A stretch of DNA of 14,593 nucleotides. It comes from Methanobacteriota archaeon. GTDB lineage: Archaea > JAADCQ01 > Methanopyri > Methanopyrales > Methanopyraceae. Under the pieces are notes generated by a model, which saw only the letters and a list, made by a program, of their open reading frames with translations, was not told the origin of the DNA and ran no database searches. The stretch is from the NCBI GenBank assembly GCA_027064305.1, contig JAMOPY010000013.1:1-14593 (forward strand), in the 5' to 3' direction. A program made the position numbers and the translations under genes. This document shows, piece by piece, positions 1 through 5,956 of the stretch (the first letter of the stretch is position 1; every line of letters begins with the position of its first letter).

Positions 1-298
1 GCCGCCCGGAGAGCCGCTCCGCGAGCACCCGGGGCACGCCGCCCATGGCGTCGATCACCAGCACGTCGGTGCGGGACAGCTCGCGGTCCACCACGTCCCA
101 GGGGATCCTGGAAACGTCCTCCGGCTGCTTCGGAACCGGGTAAACGCTGACGGATACCCCCGCCTCCCGGGCCGCCTCGTGCACCCCGGTCAGCGGCGCG
201 TTCGTGAACAGGACCACGTGAACGGCGCCCACGGGCCCGCAGAACGGCGAGACCAGCGCCACCAGCGCTAAAATTAAGCGAAACGCTTTTACATCCAA
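1..298 (-). CDS. Exported protein, 5' part only (runs off the left edge); possibly the N-terminus of a CobN/Mg-chelatase-like surface protein
   Basis: Not in the ORF track; translated by hand. TTG at 298 (in-frame alternative TTG at 304) opens MDVKAFRLILALVALVSPFCGPVGA|VHVVLFTNAPLTGVHEAAREAGVSVSVYPVPKQPEDVSRIPWDVVDRELSRTDVLVIDAMGGVPRVLAERLSGR with no stop before base 1. Signal peptide is clear (K/R, hydrophobic core, V-G-A). The CobN-like guess rests only on the alpha/beta pattern (DVLVIDAMG) and context, so it is weak. Confidence 0.75.
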   Translation of the reverse strand, partial: MDVKAFRLILALVALVSPFCGPVGAVHVVLFTNAPLTGVHEAAREAGVSVSVYPVPKQPEDVSRIPWDVVDRELSRTDVLVIDAMGGVPRVLAERLSGR

Positions 299-364
299 GT
301 TCAAGAGGCCCCGCGCGGGAACGGCGTTAACCGCACCTAAATAACGGTTTGGGGGAGGCCGCGC

Positions 365-1927
365 GTGAGGCGGCTGATTCTCGCCCTCACCGCCGCCCTC
401 TGCCTCGCGGGGGCGGCGGCCGCGCACCCGGTGAACTGGGGACCGGTCATCGACAAGGCCGCGCGCTACTGGGTGGCCCTAGACGAGGCCAACCGGCTGT
501 CCCAGCAGGCGAAGGAGGGCGACCCACGGTACTACCTGTTCTCGGGCAAGAACCTCCAGCTGCACGTGTCCAAGGAGTGCGTGTACTGGACGGCCAAGTA
601 CGGTCACGCGAGGTGGGAGTCGTCCGGCGAGGTGATCTACGGGACCTACTCGGCGCTGTCCTCGATCTACGCCGCGCTGCTGAGCGGAGAGGCGCACGTC
701 AAGGACTGGCCCGAGCCCTACCGGTCCCGGATGGCGACCGCGGTGACCACCGCCCTCGCCAAGCTCCTGTCGCTGCAGCACAAGGACGGTGGCTGGGGCT
801 GGAAGGTGATCCTATCCTCGGGCACGACCCGGTTCCCATCCGGCAAGGGGCACGTCCTGAGGACGGCGCAGATCCTGGCCGACGTGGTGATCCCCGCCCT
901 GCGGCTGAACATCCGGGAGGTCACGCTGAACGGCGCCCGGTACGACGTGGCCAAGTGCGCGCAGGCGGCCGTGCGGTTCCTCCTCGACCAGCAGCTGGGA
1001 GACGGTGGATACAGCGCGAACCGGACGTGGTCGAAGACGGAGGACCCGCTGTACACGGCCCAGGCCCTACGGGCCCTGTGCGAGGCCTACCGGTACCGGG
1101 ACCTGATCGGACTGAGCGAGGCCACGGTGAACCAGATCAAGCAGGCGATCCGGAAGGCCGTGCAGTGGCTCGAATCCCACCAGAACCCGCCGAACAGCAG
1201 GGAGGGGCCGAACCTGTGGGAGATGGAGTCCGCCGCGATCATGGGCTCCCGGTACGCGCCGCCCTCGGAGGCGACGATCCTGCTCGGACTGATCGACGCG
1301 TACTCCCTCGCGGACGAGCTGGGCCTGGACAAGAACAAGCTGGCCGACTGCATCAACCGGGCCCTGAAGGCCCTCGTGGACTGGGCGGCGAAGTGCCGGA
1401 GCCACTCGGTGGTGCAGTTCGACGGCAAGAAGGCCGTCGGCTGGGCGTACTCCAGCACCCGACTGTCGGGCGTGGGCCCGTACGTGGTCCACACGGCCCG
1501 CGTGCTCATGGCGCTGACCCTCGCCCAGCGACTGGGACTGGGGAACGACGCGATACGGGAGCTCAACCAGCTCGGGGCGACGATGGAGAGCGAGCAGGAG
1601 TGGCTGTACCATGAGTGCGTGCAGTACGACGGGCTGGCCGCGTTCCCCTACCCGAACCGGGAGAACTTCGAGCGGGTGAGCGCCTCCTCGCAGATGTACG
1701 GCACCCTCTGCGCGGTGGCGTTCTCCCACCCCGAGGTGTTCCTCCAGCGGACCACCGCGGACGTGCACCGGCTGATCCCCAACGTCGGCGCGACGGAGCG
1801 GGGCACCAGCGAGACCGGCAAGGGCGGTGAAAAGACCGGCGCGAAGGGGACCCGGGGGACCCACGGGATCCCGGTCCACCCGCTGGCGGTGGCCGTCGCG
1901 CTGGCCCTCCTCCGACGCCGGCGCTAG
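365..1927 (+). CDS. Secreted, C-terminally anchored prenyltransferase/squalene-cyclase-repeat (alpha/alpha barrel) protein
   Basis: GTG start after GGGGGAGG. Signal peptide MRRLILALTAALCLAGAAAA. QW-type repeats LLSLQHKDGGWG, FLLDQQLGDGGYS and WLESHQNP. G/K/T-rich linker, then GIPVHPLAVAVALALLRRRR. Confidence 0.85.
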   Translation: MRRLILALTAALCLAGAAAAHPVNWGPVIDKAARYWVALDEANRLSQQAKEGDPRYYLFSGKNLQLHVSKECVYWTAKYGHARWESSGEVIYGTYSALSSIYAALLSGEAHVKDWPEPYRSRMATAVTTALAKLLSLQHKDGGWGWKVILSSGTTRFPSGKGHVLRTAQILADVVIPALRLNIREVTLNGARYDVAKCAQAAVRFLLDQQLGDGGYSANRTWSKTEDPLYTAQALRALCEAYRYRDLIGLSEATVNQIKQAIRKAVQWLESHQNPPNSREGPNLWEMESAAIMGSRYAPPSEATILLGLIDAYSLADELGLDKNKLADCINRALKALVDWAAKCRSHSVVQFDGKKAVGWAYSSTRLSGVGPYVVHTARVLMALTLAQRLGLGNDAIRELNQLGATMESEQEWLYHECVQYDGLAAFPYPNRENFERVSASSQMYGTLCAVAFSHPEVFLQRTTADVHRLIPNVGATERGTSETGKGGEKTGAKGTRGTHGIPVHPLAVAVALALLRRRR

Positions 1928-1960
1928 GCCCCCGCTTTTCCCCGCCTCTTCTTCTTCCCG
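1928..1960 (+). terminator. Pyrimidine-rich tract, possible archaeal terminator
   Basis: CCCCCGCTTTTCCCCGCCTCTTCTTCTTCCC directly follows the stop codon of 365..1927. Confidence 0.4.
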
Positions 1961-1989
1961 CAGTCTCCCGCCGGACCGATCCCCGGGCT

Positions 1990-2075
1990 GACTACTAAAC
2001 CATCTTTTATTATTACCGAAGATGTGTTAACCTAAGTTCACCGGTTCGAACCGATTCTAAGCTTATTATTCAGTA
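1990..2075 (+). promoter_or_regulatory. AT-rich promoter/operator region of 2109..3653
   Basis: TTATTATT twice (2007-2014, 2063-2070), inverted repeat CATCTT-N12-AAGATG (2001-2024) and perfect palindrome CGGTTCGAACCG (2042-2053), in an otherwise very GC-rich window. Confidence 0.6.
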
Positions 2076-2108
2076 AGGGACGGCGGCGCTCCCGGGGGGT
2101 CCACCCAC

Positions 2109-3653
2109 GTGAGACCCCTGGCCGTGCTCCTCGCCGCCCTGACGGCCCTGATGGGGCCCGCGCTGGCGGAGGAGGAGAGCTTCAAGGTGGCCGTGGTGCT
2201 GCCGTACCACGGCAGCTACGACCCGCACTGGGTGTACAAGGCCCACCAGCTGCCGGAGAAGCTCCAGGAGTACCTGTCGGCGACCTTCAGCGAGGGCTAC
2301 GACATCAAGGTGTACCCGGGCGAGTTCGAGACGTTCGGTGTGACCGAGGTCACGCTGCAGGGCGGCAAGACGTACGAGATCCACCAGGAGTCGATCCGGA
2401 CGGAGGAGGAGACCCTGGAGACGGAGTTCGGGTACGCGCTGAAGCAGGCGGCGCAGTTCACGAACAAGGGTAAGGACGGGCTGATCGTGATCCTGCCGGC
2501 GTTCCTGAACCGGGGCGGTCAGCACCAGGGCGTGGAGATCCCGGAGCTGATCGAGCGGGTGCTGGTGGAGGACCAGAAGGTCCCGAGGTACGCGTACGTG
2601 TACCAGCAGTTCGGCATCGCGTCCTGGGACCGGCAGGACGACCTGGGCGTCATCCCGGAGCTGATGTACAAGAACGTCGAGGCAGAGGAGGGTAAGCAGC
2701 TGGTGAACATCTCAGACTCCAACCTGCAGAGCCTGCTGAGTGGCATCCAGAACCCCACACTAGGGGACCTGATCAATACGGTCAAGAACAAGAACGAGCT
2801 CGGACTGCTGGTGATCGCGTTCGGCACGCTGAGGGTCAGCTACTGGCAGGACTACAAGGCGAACATCGAGTACGTGCTCAAGCGCCTTGCGGAGAAGCTC
2901 GGGATCGACCGGAGCAAGGCCAGGTTCTTCGCCTTCAACAACCCGGAGATCGGTCCGGAGAAGTGGGAGCAGTCTCGGTGGGACATCAGGTACAACAACT
3001 TCAAGCAGGTGATGCAGGAGCTGAACAAGGCCGGCGTGAAGTACGTGCTGGTGGTTCCGTACCTGACGGTGACGGGGATCACGGACCGGAAGCTGTTCGA
3101 GGGTAACCCGAAGCAGGGCGAGCCGGACGTGTACAACTACAAGGAGGCCATCCTGAGGCACTTCAACGCGCAGCTCGCGGCCGAGACCCAGGCTAACGAG
3201 GAGAAGTACACGTACGTGCAGAATGGTAAACAGAAGAACGTGACGGTCTACATCAACACCCGCATTTACAGGATCCCCAAGGATCAGCTGGGCACGAACG
3301 ATGACATGTACATCATCTACGTGCGGCGGGGCGTGCTGGACGCTCCGGGCGCCGTGGAGGCGGTGGCGAAGGTGCTGGCGAGCTACATCTCGCTGCAGCT
3401 GCCGACGTGGCGGCACCGGTACGAGGCGATGAAGGAGCTGGAGGGTGACGTCTCGTCCGTGAGCCGGGAGGTGCAGCAGGTGAAGCAGCGGGTGGAGGGC
3501 CTGCAGGGTAAGGTGAAGGGTCTGGAGAAGCGGGTGAGTAAGCTGGAGAAGCAGGGTGGTAAGGGTCAGCAGGGTGGTAAGAGCGGTAAGGGTCCGGTGC
3601 TACCGGTGCTGGCGCTGGTCGCGCTGCTCCCGCTGGCGGCGCGCCGGCGCTAG
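2109..3653 (+). CDS. Secreted, C-terminally anchored class II chelatase-fold (CbiX/CbiK-like) protein with coiled-coil stalk
   Basis: Signal peptide MRPLAVLLAALTALMGPALA. Domain 1 has VVLPYHGSYDP (H34) and IVILPAFLNRGGQH.GVEIP (H139), resembling CbiX/CfbA GHGS and VPxFL..G.H...DIP. Domain 2 has LLVIAFGT and GVKYVLVVPYL..G, resembling CbiK. Heptads VSSVSREVQQVKQRVEGLQGKVKGLEKRVSKLEK, then tail GPVLPVLALVALLPLAARRR. Confidence 0.8.
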   Translation: MRPLAVLLAALTALMGPALAEEESFKVAVVLPYHGSYDPHWVYKAHQLPEKLQEYLSATFSEGYDIKVYPGEFETFGVTEVTLQGGKTYEIHQESIRTEEETLETEFGYALKQAAQFTNKGKDGLIVILPAFLNRGGQHQGVEIPELIERVLVEDQKVPRYAYVYQQFGIASWDRQDDLGVIPELMYKNVEAEEGKQLVNISDSNLQSLLSGIQNPTLGDLINTVKNKNELGLLVIAFGTLRVSYWQDYKANIEYVLKRLAEKLGIDRSKARFFAFNNPEIGPEKWEQSRWDIRYNNFKQVMQELNKAGVKYVLVVPYLTVTGITDRKLFEGNPKQGEPDVYNYKEAILRHFNAQLAAETQANEEKYTYVQNGKQKNVTVYINTRIYRIPKDQLGTNDDMYIIYVRRGVLDAPGAVEAVAKVLASYISLQLPTWRHRYEAMKELEGDVSSVSREVQQVKQRVEGLQGKVKGLEKRVSKLEKQGGKGQQGGKSGKGPVLPVLALVALLPLAARRR

Positions 3654-3676
3654 CCCTCCCCTACGCCCCCTTCTCG

Positions 3677-3701
3677 AATCGTTACGGGTCTTGTAACGGT
3701 T
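3677..3701. repeat. 25-bp imperfect palindrome, copy 1
   Basis: AATCGTTACGGGTCTTGTAACGGTT between convergent genes; 19/25 identical to 11557-11581. Confidence 0.7.
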
Positions 3702-3713
3702 GGCGCGGGCGGT

Positions 3714-4523
3714 TCAGGGGGCCTCGGCGAGTTCGTAGGGGTCGTGGTGGACGCGGACCTCGCGGCCGGGTCCGGTGAGTTCGAGCTCCGGGGCGTAGCC
3801 GAGGGATTCGAGGTCCTCGTAGAGGGGGAGGTGGCCGGAGAGGTCGCAGATCTCGGCGTTGAGGGCGCCGGCGAGGTGGGCGGCGGCCTTGACGGAGACG
3901 GCGCTCTCGAGTTCGGTGAGGATGGCGATTTTCAGGCCCTGTTCGCGGGCCTTGCGGCCGAGGAGGATGGTGTCGAGGAAGCCGACGCGTTGGACGGTGA
4001 GGGCGACGCCGTCGGCGGCGTCGAGGGCGTGGAGTTCGTCCTCGGTGCGCACCTTGACGTACACGGGGACGTCGGCGTCGAACTCGCGGGGGGTGAGCGC
4101 GATGACCTCGGCGTCGGTGGCGGCGCGGATCTCCTCGAGGGTGCGTTCGTTGGGGTGGTCGGGGAAGTCGAGGAGGATGGTGTCGAAGTCGAGGGTGGAG
4201 ATGGCGGTGGCGTGGGGGGTGTCGGCGGGGATGCGGGCGGTGGTGTAGCCGGCGGTGAGGCCGTGCTGGGCCTCGCGGGGGCCGTCCTCGGGGTGGAGGC
4301 GGAGGGCGGATTGGAGGGTGCGGGGTTCGCCGCCGAGGATCTCGGTGAGGGGTAGGCCTTCGGAGCGGGCTTCGGCGTCGAGGATGGCCATCTCGTGGGC
4401 GGTGGTGGGGTCGTAGCCGAAGCCGAGGCCGGGGGTTCCGTCGGGGGTGTGGACGCGGCAGAGGTAGCCGGTCACGGGGCCGGCGGCAGCGTTTAAGGTG
4501 AGGCGGCGGGTCTCGGCGGTCAA
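3714..4523 (-). CDS. Degenerate enolase-superfamily protein (mandelate racemase/muconate lactonizing family, L-Ala-D/L-Glu epimerase-like)
   Basis: TTG start with GGGGAG SD. Capping-domain traces RVHTPDGTPGLG and EMAILDAEAR..GLPL..ILGG. C-terminal ESAVSVKAAAHLA and DLSGHLPLYED (compare DLDGPLLLxED). The catalytic KxK and most metal ligands are not recognisable. Confidence 0.75.
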   Translation of the reverse strand: MTAETRRLTLNAAAGPVTGYLCRVHTPDGTPGLGFGYDPTTAHEMAILDAEARSEGLPLTEILGGEPRTLQSALRLHPEDGPREAQHGLTAGYTTARIPADTPHATAISTLDFDTILLDFPDHPNERTLEEIRAATDAEVIALTPREFDADVPVYVKVRTEDELHALDAADGVALTVQRVGFLDTILLGRKAREQGLKIAILTELESAVSVKAAAHLAGALNAEICDLSGHLPLYEDLESLGYAPELELTGPGREVRVHHDPYELAEAP

Positions 4524-4555
4524 GGCGGTCTCCCCGCCCGTGGGGGTGAGGGGGT

Positions 4556-5953
4556 TTGAGTCGGGTTATAGTTGTCGGAGCGGGGAGCGCGGGTCGGTCG
4601 GTCGCGCGGTTGTTGAACCACGCGGGGTGCGAGGTGGTGGTGAACGACGTGCGGGAGTGGGAGGAGTTCACGTCGGAGGAGCGGGAGTACCTGGAGGTGT
4701 TGGAGCGGGAGGGGGTGGAGGTGGTCCTGGGGGGGCACGATCCGGGGCTGTTTGAGGCGGCGGACGCGGTCTTCGTCTCGCCCGCGATCCCGGAGGGTGC
4801 GGAGGGGCGGCGGTTGGCGGAGCGGGTGCCGGAGCGGATCACGGTGCGGGACGTGGCGGAGGTGTTGGGGAGTCTCTTTCCGGTTCCGGCCGTCGGGGTG
4901 ACGGGGACGAACGGGAAGACGACCACGACCTGGGCGATCGCGCACCTGTTGGAGGCGTGTGGGTACGACGTGTGGCGGTGCTCGTCCCTGGATCGTCACC
5001 TGGTGATCGAGGCGCTCGTGGAGGGGGTGGTGACGGGGGAGGTGGAGGGGTGCGACGTGGCGGTGGTGGAGCTGCCGCACGGGACGATCCGGTTGGCGTC
5101 GGGGATTCGGCTGGACGTGGGCGTGCTGACGAACGTCGCGCCGGAGCATTTGGACGAGTTCGGGGGGTCGTTCGAGCGGTACGTGCGTCGGAAGCTGACG
5201 ATCGTGGGGATGAGTGAGACGGTCGTGGCGGGGTACGACTGTCGGGAGCTGCGGGAGCGGTTGGAGGGGGCGGTGTGGTACTCCGTGCGGAGTGGGGAGG
5301 CGGACTACTTCGGGCGTCGGGTGGACGGGAGGTTGGTGGTGGAAGGGCCGGGGTGTCGGGTGGAGGCGGGGTTCCGGCTGCTGGGTTATTACGTGGAGAA
5401 CTGCACGGGGGCCGTGGCGGCCTGCCTGGAGTTCGGGGCGGATCCGGAGGGGGTGGAGGAGGGGCTCGAGACGTTCGAGGGAGTGCCGGGTCGGATGGAG
5501 TTGGTGGGGGAGTTCGCGGGGCGGGTCGCGTACCTGGACGCGGCGCACAACCCGGAGGGTCTGCGGGCGAGCCTGCCGCCGTTTCGGGAGTTGGCGGAGG
5601 AGCGTGGGGGTCGGTTGCTCGTGAGCGTGGATAACCCGGACACGGTGACGGAGCGGGATAAGCGGGAGTTCGGGCGGATCGTGGGGGAGTTCGCGGACTT
5701 CGTGGCGGCGAGTGGGTTCAACGAGACGTTGGAGCGGCTTGACATGGATGCGGCCCGGGAGGTGGTGCGCGGGGCGGAGGAGTCGGGCTGCGAGGGGGTG
5801 GCGGTGCGGTCGGTGGAGGAGGCGGCGCGGGAGGTCGCGAGGCGTTCCCGGGAGGGGGACGTGCTGCTGCACGTGGGTCCGGGGGTGGTGAACGCGTACG
5901 AGCGGGTGCGGCGGGCGTTCCTGCGCGGGCTGTCCGGGGTGCTGGGGGGTTAG
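4556..5953 (+). CDS. Mur ligase family protein (MurD-like architecture), probable pseudomurein peptide ligase
   Basis: TTG start after GGTGAGGGGG. Rossmann-like VVGAGSAG, FVSPAIP, P-loop GVTGTNGKTTT, VVE, LTNVAPEHLD, GVPGRME and DAAHNPEG. Confidence 0.92.
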   Translation: MSRVIVVGAGSAGRSVARLLNHAGCEVVVNDVREWEEFTSEEREYLEVLEREGVEVVLGGHDPGLFEAADAVFVSPAIPEGAEGRRLAERVPERITVRDVAEVLGSLFPVPAVGVTGTNGKTTTTWAIAHLLEACGYDVWRCSSLDRHLVIEALVEGVVTGEVEGCDVAVVELPHGTIRLASGIRLDVGVLTNVAPEHLDEFGGSFERYVRRKLTIVGMSETVVAGYDCRELRERLEGAVWYSVRSGEADYFGRRVDGRLVVEGPGCRVEAGFRLLGYYVENCTGAVAACLEFGADPEGVEEGLETFEGVPGRMELVGEFAGRVAYLDAAHNPEGLRASLPPFRELAEERGGRLLVSVDNPDTVTERDKREFGRIVGEFADFVAASGFNETLERLDMDAAREVVRGAEESGCEGVAVRSVEEAAREVARRSREGDVLLHVGPGVVNAYERVRRAFLRGLSGVLGG

Positions 5954-5956
5954 GGG

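Noticed and set aside
1928-1990. Minus-strand words (GGGAGACTGCGGGAAG, GGGGAAAAG) reminiscent of a cobalamin riboswitch
   Set aside because: Wrong orientation for the downstream gene, too short, no supporting helices; better explained as the complement of a pyrimidine-rich terminator.
3545-3592. Short repeats of CAGGGTGGTAAG / GGTAAG
   Set aside because: They simply encode the QGGK linker; not a CRISPR array or independent repeat.
4525-4536. 12-nt match GCGGTCTCCCCG (also 12469-12480), complementary to the sRNA D-guide region, in the putative Mur ligase leader
   Set aside because: A GC-rich 12-mer that is also the complement of an SD motif; chance is likely and an rRNA target is more plausible.
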